Assembly (NCBI GenBank): GCA_041657885.1
Contig: JBBABB010000001.1
Span: 267,184-331,183 of the forward strand
From: Minisyncoccota bacterium
GTDB lineage: Bacteria; Patescibacteriota; Minisyncoccia; Phycocordibacterales; UBA9973
Length of the DNA: 64,000 nt
Reading direction: 5' to 3'
Shown: piece by piece, positions 27,039 to 37,005 of the stretch
How positions within the stretch are numbered: position 1 is the first letter of the stretch
Layout: the number at the start of each line of letters is the position of its first letter
The notes under the pieces: model-generated
What the model was told of the DNA's origin: nothing
The model's input: the letters and a program-made list of their open reading frames with translations, nothing else
The model's database searches: none
Made by a program: the position numbers and the translations under genes

Positions 27039-29849
27039 CTAGACGACTATGTTGATAACTTTACCTGTAACATAAATAACTCTTTTAATCTCTTTATTCT
27101 CTGTCCAAGCGATTATACTCTTGTTTTTGAGGGCTATATTTTTAATTTCTTCTTCAGTTATATCCTTTGATATCATGATTTCAGCCCTAACTTTACCATT
27201 TACCTGTATTGCTATTTTTATTTCTTCTTCTATAATTTTCTTTTTGTCCCATTTTGGCCATTTACTTTTATTTATGGACTTTTTTTCTCCCAATAAATAC
27301 CATAACTCTTCTGTTATATGAGGGGCAAATGGCGAGAGAATTTGAAGAAACATTTTAAAATCTTTCTTCGTCACGCCGTAGCCTTTGGCGAAGGCGGATT
27401 CCATCTCATTTATCAATACCATCATAGATGAAACCGCTGTGTTGAAATTCATGGACTCTATATCTTCCGAAACTTTTTTGATTGTTTTATGAAGAAGCGT
27501 TTGAAACGAAGCAACCCCTCCTAAATCCTCCCCAGAAGGAAGGACTTTAAATTCCACTCCCTTCCCTTTGGGAAGGGTTGGGGATGGGTTGTAATGAATC
27601 CTCTCTCCTATTCGCCAAACTTTTTCAAGAAAACGACGCGACCCGATTATACTTTTTGTGTTCCAAACAACTGTCTGGTCGAATGGGCCCATAAACATTT
27701 CATAAAGTCGCAAAGTGTCTGCGCCATAAGTTTTCACGATATCGTCTGGATTAACAATATTGCCAAAGCGTTTAGACATTTTTCTCCCATCTTCACCGAT
27801 AATTAAACCAACTGATTGTAATTTCTTAAATGGTTCAAGAGTTGAAACAACTCCAATATCATAAAGGAATTTGTGCCAAAAACGAGCATAAATTAAATGC
27901 CTTGTGGCATGTTCAGCTCCGCCGACATAAAAATCAACTTGATTCCAATATTTTTCCTTTTTCTTATCAACTAGAGCTTTGTTGTTCTTTGGATCCATAT
28001 AACGCAAGTAATACCACGAACTCCCAGCCCATTGGGGCATTGTATTTGTTTCGCGTTTCATCATTTTTGCATTTTTACCTTTACCAACTTTAACATTTAC
28101 CCAATTAGAAATATTTGCCAGTGGTGATTCCCCTGTACCAGTTGGTTCATAAAATTTTACTCTTGGTAAAACAACTGGTAAATCTTTTTCCTTAATAGGA
28201 ACAATTTTGTCGCCATCGTGCAAAACAGGAATTGGTTCCCCCCAATAACGTTGTCTTGAAAATACCCAATCACGAAGTTTGTATTTTGTAACAATTTTTC
28301 CGCCAACTTCTTTGGTAATTTCATTAGCATCAACAAGCTGTCTATTAATAATTGGCAAGTTGTATTTTTCAGCAAATTCTTTATCACGACTGTCGTGTTG
28401 TGGTACTGCCATTATTGCTCCCGTGCCGTAACTAGCCAAAACATAATCCGCAATCCAGATTGGGATTTCTTCACCGTTTGCTGGATTTATCGCTTTTATT
28501 CCTTTTAATTCAACTCCTGTTTTTAGTTTATCTTCTCTAGTTCTTTCTATGTCTGTTTTGTTTTTAATTTGTTTTATATAATCTTCTACTTCTTTTTTAT
28601 TTGAAATATTATCAGAAAGTTTCTTCACTAATTCGTGTTCAGGTGCAAGTACAAGATAAGTAGCACCGAAAATAGTATCTGCCCGAGTAGTAAATACTTT
28701 AATACTTCCTAACTCAACCCCTCCTAAATCCTCCCCAAAGGGAAGGACTTTTAATGCTTTATTAATTTTATTTATAACAGAATCTATATTTTTTAAAACT
28801 TCTTCATTTTTAAATCTGATAACTTTAAAACCAAGTATTTTTAAAATTTCAGTTCTTTCTTCATCTTTTTCTTTTTGTAAGTCATGAATATCTCCATCAA
28901 CTTCTATTACTAAATTTTTTGAGAGACACACAAAATCAACAATGAATTTATTTATGATATGTTGTCTTCTAAAATGATATTCTTTATTCTTTTTTAAGAT
29001 TTGCCATAATTTTTTCTCAGCTTCTGTAGAGTTTTCACGCATCTCAAGAACCTTACCTTGAAGCAATTTCCATGTTTGTGAATCTGTCGTATAGTACCCC
29101 GGCATTTCTCCCTTCCCTTTGGGAAGGGCTGGGGATGGGTTCTTAATTTTAAATTCTATTTCACTTCCTTCTGACTTTCCTATCCAGTTTTTTTGACTTT
29201 CTTTAATTGATTCAGGCCAATTCAGTGAATCTAAATCTTTAAGTAATCTTTCAGCATAATCTGTAATGCGAAGCACCCATTGACGCATAGGTTTTTGTTC
29301 AACAAAAAAACCACAACGTTCACATTTACCATCTTCTACATCTTCATTAGCTAAACCAGTTTTGCAAGAAGGACACCAATTAATTGGTTCATACGATTCA
29401 TAAGCTAAACCTTTTTCTAAAAGTTTCAAAAATATCCATTGGGTCCATTTATAAAATTTCGGGTCAGTTGTATTTACTTCTCTAGACCAATCATAATCAA
29501 ATCCGAGTATTTCTAATTGTTTCTTAAAACGAATAACATTTTTAGGTACCGAAACAGCAGGATTAGTTTTAGTTTTTATGGCATAATTTTCAGCCGGAAG
29601 ACCAAAAGCATCAAAACCCATGGGATGCATAACGTTTGCTCCTTGCATTCTCTTCATTCTAGATATGACGTCAGTGGCAATATAACCCTTAGGATGACCA
29701 ACATGAAGACCTTCACCAGAAAGATATGGGAACATATCAAGCACATAATATTTAGGCTTTTTAGAAAAATCTAAAGTTTTATAAATTTTCTTCTTTTCCC
29801 AATCTTTTTGCCATTTTGATTCTATTTTTTTATGGTCGTATGTTTTCAT
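27039..29849 (-). CDS. leuS: Leucyl-tRNA synthetase carrying two in-frame MITE-like insertions, one with an embedded DUF559 (Vsr-like PD-(D/E)xK) endonuclease domain
   Basis: It is a class I aaRS with HVGHPKGY (HIGH), KMSKRFGN (KMSKS) and the LeuS editing domain, 936 aa in total. Between EIEFKIK and SIKVFTTRADT there is an insert of about 145 aa containing ...LWQILKKNKEYHFRRQHIINKFIVDFVCLSKNLVIEVDGDIHDLQKEKDEERTEILKILGFKVIRFKNEEV..., which matches DUF559. Confidence 0.9.
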   Translation of the reverse strand: MKTYDHKKIESKWQKDWEKKKIYKTLDFSKKPKYYVLDMFPYLSGEGLHVGHPKGYIATDVISRMKRMQGANVMHPMGFDAFGLPAENYAIKTKTNPAVSVPKNVIRFKKQLEILGFDYDWSREVNTTDPKFYKWTQWIFLKLLEKGLAYESYEPINWCPSCKTGLANEDVEDGKCERCGFFVEQKPMRQWVLRITDYAERLLKDLDSLNWPESIKESQKNWIGKSEGSEIEFKIKNPSPALPKGKGEMPGYYTTDSQTWKLLQGKVLEMRENSTEAEKKLWQILKKNKEYHFRRQHIINKFIVDFVCLSKNLVIEVDGDIHDLQKEKDEERTEILKILGFKVIRFKNEEVLKNIDSVINKINKALKVLPFGEDLGGVELGSIKVFTTRADTIFGATYLVLAPEHELVKKLSDNISNKKEVEDYIKQIKNKTDIERTREDKLKTGVELKGIKAINPANGEEIPIWIADYVLASYGTGAIMAVPQHDSRDKEFAEKYNLPIINRQLVDANEITKEVGGKIVTKYKLRDWVFSRQRYWGEPIPVLHDGDKIVPIKEKDLPVVLPRVKFYEPTGTGESPLANISNWVNVKVGKGKNAKMMKRETNTMPQWAGSSWYYLRYMDPKNNKALVDKKKEKYWNQVDFYVGGAEHATRHLIYARFWHKFLYDIGVVSTLEPFKKLQSVGLIIGEDGRKMSKRFGNIVNPDDIVKTYGADTLRLYEMFMGPFDQTVVWNTKSIIGSRRFLEKVWRIGERIHYNPSPTLPKGKGVEFKVLPSGEDLGGVASFQTLLHKTIKKVSEDIESMNFNTAVSSMMVLINEMESAFAKGYGVTKKDFKMFLQILSPFAPHITEELWYLLGEKKSINKSKWPKWDKKKIIEEEIKIAIQVNGKVRAEIMISKDITEEEIKNIALKNKSIIAWTENKEIKRVIYVTGKVINIVV
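27513..27591 (-). mobile_element. Solo family F MITE-like element (both terminal repeats adjacent, no cargo) inserted in frame in leuS
   Basis: It reads caacccctcctaaatcctccccagaaggaaggactttaaattccactcccttccctttgggaagggttggggatgggttg. In the leuS frame this gives NPSPTLPKGKGVEFKVLPSGEDLGGVA. Confidence 0.6.
28715..29141 (-). mobile_element. Family F element with cargo: about 427 bp, with terminal inverted repeats, encoding in frame with leuS a DUF559 endonuclease-like domain
   Basis: The ends caacccctcctaaatcctccccaaagggaaggactttt (28715-28752) and ctcccttccctttgggaagggctggggatgggtt (29108-29141) are inverted repeats. Translated in the leuS frame they give LPFGEDLGGVEL and NPSPALPKGKGE. Confidence 0.6.
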
Positions 29850-30000
29850 GAATTAATGTATTATACCAGAAAAATATGATTATAGGGAAACAATATAAAA
29901 AGCTCCTCTCTGAATAGCTCTTCTTGAAGGGTACGCAAATTTTTTACTAGAAATTTGTTCAGTTCTCGCGCCGTCGCGCTCCAAAGCCCCTTCAATAAGA

Positions 30001-30600
30001 CTATTCAGAGATACGCTTTAATTTCTTCTCCCCTTGGCGTAAAATGACAAAACTATTATTTTCTAGTTTAATGAGAGTTGAAGGTTTTAATTTTCTTTTC
30101 CCGCCGTTGATATATAGATTCGGTCCTAAGCAATGCTTAGGACTGAAATATGCTTTGGCTTGTTTTATTGTTTCCGCAGGTGGTAATCCTTCAGGGTTTG
30201 CGCTTGGCGCCACAAGTGGCCCAACTTTTTTTATTAGATTGTAAAGATTTTTATTTCGAGGTCCAATCATCCGAAAAGCAATTCCATTTGTTCCTCGATG
30301 AATATATTTAAATTTTGAAAGTTTGCAAGGCAAAATGACACTGACTTTCCCCGGCCAAATTTTTTTCAAAAATTTGGCCTGTTCTTTTCCTATCTTTACC
30401 TCAAACAATCTCAAATCATTATACGAAGCAATAAGAACAATAAAAGGTTTATTTTCGTTTCTTCCTTTTATTTCGTAAATTTTTTCAACTACCCTTTTCG
30501 ACATCGCCTTTCCGATTATCCCATACAAAGTATCCGTAGATAATACAACTATCCCATCATTCTTAAGTATTTTTATCGCTTTTTTCCAATCATTTTTCAT
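30001..30600 (-). CDS. tsaC: L-threonylcarbamoyladenylate synthase (TsaC/YrdC/Sua5 family)
   Basis: The 199 aa protein has the YrdC-domain motifs VVLSTDTLYGIIG and IKGRNENKPFIVL. Confidence 0.7.
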   Translation of the reverse strand: MKNDWKKAIKILKNDGIVVLSTDTLYGIIGKAMSKRVVEKIYEIKGRNENKPFIVLIASYNDLRLFEVKIGKEQAKFLKKIWPGKVSVILPCKLSKFKYIHRGTNGIAFRMIGPRNKNLYNLIKKVGPLVAPSANPEGLPPAETIKQAKAYFSPKHCLGPNLYINGGKRKLKPSTLIKLENNSFVILRQGEKKLKRISE

Positions 30601-30602
30601 TA

Positions 30603-31592
30603 TTATATTCTAAACTCTATTACATCCCCATTTTTAACTATATAATCCTTGCCTTCTGTCCTCACTTTCCCATGGGCGCGAGCGTCAGTGTAACTTCCAG
30701 CATTGAGCAAATCCTGCCAATACACAACTTCGGCACGAATAAATTTATCTCGAAAATCCGTGTGAATTGCCATCCCAGCCACAGGTGCGGTGCTTCCCTT
30801 TTTTATTGTCCAAGCTCGTGTCTCATCAAGTCCCGTTGTAAAATAAGTTTGAAGCCCAAGCAATTCATAACTTTTTGTAATCAATTCATCAAAACCACTT
30901 TCAAAAACAGGATCAACTTTTACTGAACAAATGTTTGGAAGTTCGACTTCCAAATTTGGGCACGCCTGCGAAGTATTTAGCACATAAAGCATTGGTTTCA
31001 GTGTAAGTAAATTCAAAGATTTAATTTTAAATTTTTCATCATCATTCAAGTTTGCTTCTGTGGCCATTTCCCCTTTTTCAAAAACAACCATCAGCTTTTT
31101 CAAAATTAATTCTTCAGCAATTGCCTCTTTATCTTGTTTTTTTAATTCCTTTCCTATGCTTGCAATTCTCTTTGAAACTATTTCAAAATCAGAAAGAACA
31201 AGCTCGAGATTTATAACCCCAATATCATCCATTGGATTTATTTTATTTTCTACATGGATTACTGAATTGTCTTCAAATGTACGCACCACGTGTGCAATCG
31301 CATTCACTTCACGAATATTCGTTAAAAATTTATTTCCAAGACCTTCCCCTTTTGATGCTCCAGCTACAAGCCCGGCGATATCCACGAATTCTATAACCGC
31401 TGGAATTGTCTTGGCTGACTTGGAAAACTCCGAAAGCTTCCATAAACGCTCGTCAGGAACAGGCACAATCCCCACAGATGGGTCTATTGTGCAAAATGGG
31501 TAATTCTCACAAGGTACACTCTTTTTCGTAAGAGCGTTAAACAGCGTGGATTTCCCGACATTTGGCAAACCAACAATTCCGATACTAAGCAT
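30603..31592 (-). CDS. ychF: Ribosome-binding ATPase YchF (Obg-family GTPase/ATPase)
   Basis: The 329 aa protein has the G1 motif GIVGLPNVGKSTLFNALT and a C-terminal TGS domain (HTDFRDKFIRAEVV). Confidence 0.8.
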   Translation of the reverse strand: MLSIGIVGLPNVGKSTLFNALTKKSVPCENYPFCTIDPSVGIVPVPDERLWKLSEFSKSAKTIPAVIEFVDIAGLVAGASKGEGLGNKFLTNIREVNAIAHVVRTFEDNSVIHVENKINPMDDIGVINLELVLSDFEIVSKRIASIGKELKKQDKEAIAEELILKKLMVVFEKGEMATEANLNDDEKFKIKSLNLLTLKPMLYVLNTSQACPNLEVELPNICSVKVDPVFESGFDELITKSYELLGLQTYFTTGLDETRAWTIKKGSTAPVAGMAIHTDFRDKFIRAEVVYWQDLLNAGSYTDARAHGKVRTEGKDYIVKNGDVIEFRI

Positions 31593-31957
31593 AGAATGAG
31601 TTTAACAAAAAAAAATTATATTTCCAAATACAAAATTAAATGATAATATTAAATTATGGAAAAAATACCAGAAATAAGATTTGTTCCCTTCGAGAGATTT
31701 GCTGTAAAGGCTGAGCAAAAAGAGAATCCTAGGCTAATGCCATATTTGTCATATTCTATAGCAATACCAGATGAAGAGAGTAAAAATGTAGTTAATAATT
31801 TAATAAAAGAAGATTTGGAAAGACTTTTCGAAGAATAGATAAGGTCAGTTTTGTCTTAATATTTCCATTCAAACATCATCCCAAGTTCGGAGCCAGTTAG
31901 TATAGAGATATTCAAAGCTATTTACTATTTAAGTATAAAGGTGTTATAATATATAAT

Positions 31958-33403
31958 ATGAAAACAAATATTATAAAAAGGGGTGTTATAACTTTATTTT
32001 TATTAATAATTTTTTTAATCTCTCCTTCGGTTTTAGCTCAAGAACAAGTTCAAGTTTATTCAGGATTTAATAGATTTACTGATAATGTCAGATTACTTTT
32101 TTCTAATGGAGATAGTAAAGTTAGGTTAGCTTTAGAAATAAGAAAAAAAGAAGTAAATTCTGCTTTAGAAAATACAAAAAATGGTAAAACTGAAAATGCT
32201 ACCAATAATCTTAAGAGGGCTCAAAAAAAACTTAAAGTTATTCAAGAAAGTGTATCCCTAAAAACTTCTGAAGAGGTTAAGATAAGTGTTGAAGAAATTC
32301 AAAAAATAATAGATGAAGATAATCTCCCGGAAAAGTTTAGAGAGTACAAATTAGAAGAAGAAAAAACACAATTAGCTACAGAGCTTACTCTAAAAACTTT
32401 TGAATATTGTAAAGAACTTGCAAAAGGAGGATACGAGGAAATGCTAAAAGAAGAAGTATGTAATCCAGATACTGCGCAAGAAGGACTAGAGGATGAATTA
32501 AAAGAACTAAAAAATCTTCAAGAAAAATTATTCACTGATTTAATGTGGAATATTAGAAGTTGTATAGATGACCCTGGAACTTGTAGTTGTGATGAAGTTC
32601 TTGATATTGGACAAAAAACAAAATGCCAAAAAATGATTGCTTTTGCAATTAAATGTGAATATAAAGAGGATGAAATCTCTTGTGGTGAATTAAAAGCCAT
32701 GGAACCTAAACAAGGAGATAATTTTGCAGAAAGTTTTATCCCTAGTTTTTTAATGAATTTATTTAAAGAAAAACAATCAATGATAGATTATAATATTCAA
32801 AAGTCAGATGGTGTTCCTCCTGAATGCTGGAATTATAATAATAAACCAGAATGTAGACAATATGATTATCTAAAAGAATGGCATTATAGGGGGGAGAATG
32901 ATGAAGAAAGGCCGGGGAAACCGAAAGAAAAAGAACCAACAATGCAAGAATCAATTCCAGTATGTTTCAATAAAGATGGAACTTTTCTAGAAGAAAAATG
33001 TGGAGAAATTATAATAGTTAAAAATGAGAAAGGGTTAATAAATTATATTACTAAAAATCAGATTGATGAAATTATTAATAATTTTGAAAATGTTTCAGAA
33101 GAACATAAGATAGATATAAATGGAGAAAAAGGAGGAATCATGATAAATGAAATGAAGGAAGAAATTAATAATATTAAAGAAGAGATAGGAGAAAGAACTT
33201 TTGCTCCGGGAACTCAGGAAACTGGAAAAGTAGAAAATGATGTAAAAAATAATGTAATAGAAGAAAATAATGGTGCAAAAGATGGTGATGATGGTTTAAA
33301 ACCAGAAATTAAGATAGATGTTGATTCTGATTCTAATAATGGAGATGATGGTTTTACTAATGAAATTAAAACAGATATTTCTGGAAGTAGCCAAAATAAC
33401 TAA
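31958..33403 (+). CDS. Hypothetical secreted protein (signal peptide, Cys-containing central region, acidic Gly/Asp-rich C-terminus)
   Basis: The 481 aa protein has an N-terminal signal peptide (FLLIIFLISPSVLAQEQ) and a K/E-rich coiled-coil region. I recognise no family. Confidence 0.45.
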   Translation: MKTNIIKRGVITLFLLIIFLISPSVLAQEQVQVYSGFNRFTDNVRLLFSNGDSKVRLALEIRKKEVNSALENTKNGKTENATNNLKRAQKKLKVIQESVSLKTSEEVKISVEEIQKIIDEDNLPEKFREYKLEEEKTQLATELTLKTFEYCKELAKGGYEEMLKEEVCNPDTAQEGLEDELKELKNLQEKLFTDLMWNIRSCIDDPGTCSCDEVLDIGQKTKCQKMIAFAIKCEYKEDEISCGELKAMEPKQGDNFAESFIPSFLMNLFKEKQSMIDYNIQKSDGVPPECWNYNNKPECRQYDYLKEWHYRGENDEERPGKPKEKEPTMQESIPVCFNKDGTFLEEKCGEIIIVKNEKGLINYITKNQIDEIINNFENVSEEHKIDINGEKGGIMINEMKEEINNIKEEIGERTFAPGTQETGKVENDVKNNVIEENNGAKDGDDGLKPEIKIDVDSDSNNGDDGFTNEIKTDISGSSQNN

Positions 33404-33433
33404 AAAGGTCGAGATTAAAAAAAAATTAATTAT

Positions 33434-33781
33434 ATGAAAATAAAAATATTTTCTAATGTTGCAAAAGTTTGTGTAGTTTTATTAGTAGTTTCTACCCTTA
33501 TTTACAGAATTACTGAAATAATGCTTTTTAAAGGTACGGTGGGATACTCATTCTCTAGTGCTATTACTGGGATGATAACCTTAATTCTTCTTTTAGCAGT
33601 TTCCTTTTTTTGTTTACACAAAAAACAAAAATGGGGATTTTGGTATTGTCTTTTCTTGTTTATCTTCTTGCTCCTGGCTTATCTATTTAAAGCTCCTTTT
33701 GTTTGGCCATATGCTGTTTTTGTAATTCTGTCTATAATTCCGATTATTTCACTATTTATTTTAAAAAAGGAATTTAAATAA
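33434..33781 (+). CDS. Hypothetical integral membrane protein
   Basis: The 115 aa protein has 3-4 predicted TM helices. Confidence 0.4.
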   Translation: MKIKIFSNVAKVCVVLLVVSTLIYRITEIMLFKGTVGYSFSSAITGMITLILLLAVSFFCLHKKQKWGFWYCLFLFIFLLLAYLFKAPFVWPYAVFVILSIIPIISLFILKKEFK

Positions 33782-33829
33782 GGTCGATGTATTAAATATT
33801 AATAATTAAGATAAAAATAATTTTATTTT

Positions 33830-34468
33830 ATGAATGAAATAATAGAGAAAAAATCTATGCCAAAATGGATCAAGATCGGTATTTTGATAGCCGGTGCAAT
33901 TCTTATTGTAGTTGGTCTCTTTAAAATTTTTGGTAATGATACTAATGTCCTTGTTAATAAATTTAACGAAGTACAGGCTCCGAATGCGGTTATTAAGAAT
34001 GATCTCATAAGCGTAAGCAATATTTTACTTGGAATTGGCGCAAAGGAAACAAACAAAGATTACACTGGTATAGTTTCCGATCTTCAAACTATCTTTGTTA
34101 AACTTGATGATGCCGAAGTCCAGATTGCATCAACGTCAGCCCCCTTAACTGAACTTCAAGGTATAATTGACAGTTCTTCCGATCAGAGCGTGAAAATAAC
34201 TGGTACGCACTTTATTGACGTTTTTAAATTAAAGAATGTTGCTCAGCTGAAAATGATTAGTGACACCAGAGATTTCGTAAATCAAGCCATTACTTTCTAT
34301 AATGAAATGGCTCAGAATAAGAAAATAACTATTGATGTGAAAAAGTTTAATGCTACAGTGAGTACCCTTGGTGTGAATGCGCAGAGTATGACGGATATTG
34401 GTGTGCAGTATGAAGTAGCTGCAAATGACTTTGCCAAAGCAGCTGGGTTTATAATTGAGAGTAAATAG
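33830..34468 (+). CDS. Hypothetical membrane-anchored protein
   Basis: The 212 aa protein has a single N-terminal TM helix and a soluble helical domain. Confidence 0.4.
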   Translation: MNEIIEKKSMPKWIKIGILIAGAILIVVGLFKIFGNDTNVLVNKFNEVQAPNAVIKNDLISVSNILLGIGAKETNKDYTGIVSDLQTIFVKLDDAEVQIASTSAPLTELQGIIDSSSDQSVKITGTHFIDVFKLKNVAQLKMISDTRDFVNQAITFYNEMAQNKKITIDVKKFNATVSTLGVNAQSMTDIGVQYEVAANDFAKAAGFIIESK

Positions 34469-34550
34469 AAAAATAAACAATTCCTTAAAAAATAACCTAA
34501 TTTGATATAGCAAGTATATAGCAAGAACGATTCTTGCTACTTTTAACCTT

Positions 34551-35585
34551 TTACATTCCCATTCCAGAGCTACTTCTAGTGTCTAGATAAGTTTCTGGTA
34601 TTGGGTTTTCAAATTGCCCTTGTTCTTGTGCTTTTTTCATCCACTCTAATTGTTCAGGAGTCAGTTTATTATATTCTTCTTCCATTTTTTGTTGTAAATT
34701 ATTTAAATCTTCCATATTAAGAGAACTCCCATTAGATGGAATTGTATCTCCTTGTGGAATTAGACTATCATCTAACCCTTGCAGTTGTTTAAAAGTTTCT
34801 AAATCTTTCGGAGACAAACTATTTCCATAAAATTCTTGCATCTTTTTTAAAGCTTCTTTATTAATTCTATTATTAGCTCCAGATGGAATTTTGGTTCCAC
34901 TTGGCAGACAATTTTGCATAATTATTGACATAAAATCATTTTGACTAACTTCACCATTTTTTGTTTTATCACCAATATTATTTATTATTGATTTAAAACA
35001 ACTTTGCATTTCTGGTGGTGCCTGTTTAAGCCCTTCTCCTACTTGTTTTGATATATCTTCAGAAATTAAATTAAATTTTTTGCTGAATTCTAAACATTTA
35101 GAAAAGTTTATTTCTTTTGAGCAATATTCAATGCATGTTTTTTGGTCTTTACATTCACCTGGAAGTTTGTCAATATCTTTCAATACCTTAGAAATAGCTT
35201 TAGCTCGCTTTAATTGCTCAAGTGAAATAAGTTCATGTTTTTCTGCAAATGTTAAACATTCATTAATATGCAAAGATTCTTCACAATATTGTTCGCAAGT
35301 TCTTTGATTTGCGCATTTCCCAGGTCCACCTTGTTTTAATACTTCTGAAAATTTTCGTGTTTTTGTAGCATCCTCTGTAGAAATTATACCTGCTTTTTCA
35401 CCAAAATCCACGCATTTTAAAATATTTTCTTGTTTTTCGCAATATACATGGCAATCTTTTATGTCTTTACAATTTCCTAATTTTATTACTGGATATTTAA
35501 TGTTTTCTAAAGATGTTGTCGCTAAAACTACATTAAAAAAAATTATGCTTGTAATAAATGTTAAAATTATAAATAATGTTTTCAT
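34551..35585 (-). CDS. Secreted cysteine-repeat protein (about five tandem roughly 40-aa modules, 4 Cys each)
   Basis: It has a signal peptide and repeated modules such as NCKDIKDCHVYCEKQENILKCVDFGEKAGII, KCANQRTCEQYCEESLHINECLTFAEKHELI and ECKDQKTCIEYCSKEINFSKCLEFSKKFNLI. Confidence 0.5.
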   Translation of the reverse strand: MKTLFIILTFITSIIFFNVVLATTSLENIKYPVIKLGNCKDIKDCHVYCEKQENILKCVDFGEKAGIISTEDATKTRKFSEVLKQGGPGKCANQRTCEQYCEESLHINECLTFAEKHELISLEQLKRAKAISKVLKDIDKLPGECKDQKTCIEYCSKEINFSKCLEFSKKFNLISEDISKQVGEGLKQAPPEMQSCFKSIINNIGDKTKNGEVSQNDFMSIIMQNCLPSGTKIPSGANNRINKEALKKMQEFYGNSLSPKDLETFKQLQGLDDSLIPQGDTIPSNGSSLNMEDLNNLQQKMEEEYNKLTPEQLEWMKKAQEQGQFENPIPETYLDTRSSSGMGM

Positions 35586-35596
35586 ATTATTATTTA

Positions 35597-35797
35597 TTAA
35601 TTGCTAAATGGATTCTTGTAACTATTAGAAAAAGGGTTTGTTTCCGTTTTAAACGGATTTGTTTCTGGTAATTTTATAGGCTCTTCAATTTTTTGAGAAA
35701 AAAATTTATTTAAAAAAACAGGCTTTTTTATAAAAACTACCCATGCAATAGCTATTACGACGATTATAATAATAACTGCAATAATTATTTTTTTCAT
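35597..35797 (-). CDS. Small hypothetical membrane protein
   Basis: The 66 aa protein has one TM helix (IIAVIIIIVVIAIAWVVFI). Confidence 0.3.
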   Translation of the reverse strand: MKKIIIAVIIIIVVIAIAWVVFIKKPVFLNKFFSQKIEEPIKLPETNPFKTETNPFSNSYKNPFSN

Positions 35798-36035
35798 AAA
35801 ATACTTTAAATTAGCTTCTAGTATCTAAATTATACAACAAAAATCATAAAATAACCACAATCCAACCCTCTTTTAAGTGGCGACGGAAGTTCTATCGTAA
35901 ATTCAAATGGAATCTGTTTTTGAGCTATATTATTATCAAAAAATCGTGTTGTGTTCGTGTCGTGCCGATACTTAGTGACATATAGAGAACTCTACCAAAT
36001 TAGAGAGTAAAAAATAAAGAAATTATTAATTTTAA

Positions 36036-36635
36036 TTAGTCCACTTTTCTTGTAATATATCCAGTAATTAATCTATTCAAAAAATATATCAAAATTATCA
36101 AAGCGATAATTACCAAGAAGACATATTCACTTCTTTTTATAACTTTGCTAAGAGTTAAATATGCTTGGCCTGATAAAAAACCAACAACGGAATAAAAAAT
36201 AGTTTTGGGTATCGCAACGCTAACCGCTGTCTCAAAAAACTTTTTAAACGGTGTATGAGTCGCCCCGATAATGATTATCCCCGGAGTTCCAATAAATGGA
36301 GAGACCTTGATTAAAATAACTGCTTTGCGAGTATGTTTATGTAAAAGTTGCTCTATCCTTTTTACACGACTTTCGGTTAATCCAAGAGATTGGAAAAATG
36401 GAGTATTTATAATCTTACGACTTTTGTATCCAACAGTATAAAAAAACAAGTCTCCTCCTATATCACCCAAAATAGCAAGAATCACAATAAAAAAAAGATT
36501 AAAGACTCCCAGTGCTGCTCCAACTCCTGCAGCTATTGTAACCATCGGTCCTTCAATTAAAGATGCAATTAGAAAAAGAAAATATCCATGTGATATAACC
36601 CAAGGAACAAGAGTGGAAAGATTTGATGCGTCCAT
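36036..36635 (-). CDS. DedA-family (VTT/SNARE-associated domain) membrane protein
   Basis: The 199 aa protein has a DedA-like core (GYFLFLIASLIEGPMVTIAAGVGAALG ... G.PG.) and 4-5 TM helices. Confidence 0.6.
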   Translation of the reverse strand: MDASNLSTLVPWVISHGYFLFLIASLIEGPMVTIAAGVGAALGVFNLFFIVILAILGDIGGDLFFYTVGYKSRKIINTPFFQSLGLTESRVKRIEQLLHKHTRKAVILIKVSPFIGTPGIIIIGATHTPFKKFFETAVSVAIPKTIFYSVVGFLSGQAYLTLSKVIKRSEYVFLVIIALIILIYFLNRLITGYITRKVD

Positions 36636-36661
36636 AATTATTTTTTAATTTAAAATTTCTA

Positions 36662-36964
36662 TTATTTCTGCATTAATCCCATAAGTGGTTCTAACGCTTC
36701 GCGATGCTTCATTATTTCTGCTTTGTATTTACCCATGACTAAAACCGCAGCATATTGCTCCCCTAATCCAGTTTTTTTCTTAGCTTCAATTTCTTTGGTA
36801 ATTTTTTCAAAAAGCTCTTTAACTTCTTTGTTTGACTCAAGCTCTTTCAAACTTTTTGCAATTTCTGGATTTTCATCAAGTTGCTTTGCAATTTCTTCTG
36901 CCTTATCAGAAGATACCCCTTTCAAACGAAGAGCTTGTTTTGTAATAAATTTTTTGAATCCCAT
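36662..36964 (-). CDS. Hypothetical protein
   Basis: The 100 aa protein is a helical K/E-rich ORF with good coding periodicity. I recognise no family. Confidence 0.35.
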   Translation of the reverse strand: MGFKKFITKQALRLKGVSSDKAEEIAKQLDENPEIAKSLKELESNKEVKELFEKITKEIEAKKKTGLGEQYAAVLVMGKYKAEIMKHREALEPLMGLMQK

Positions 36965-37005
36965 AGTATATAAATTCTAACACAAAATATGCTAGAATTC
37001 AAAAT

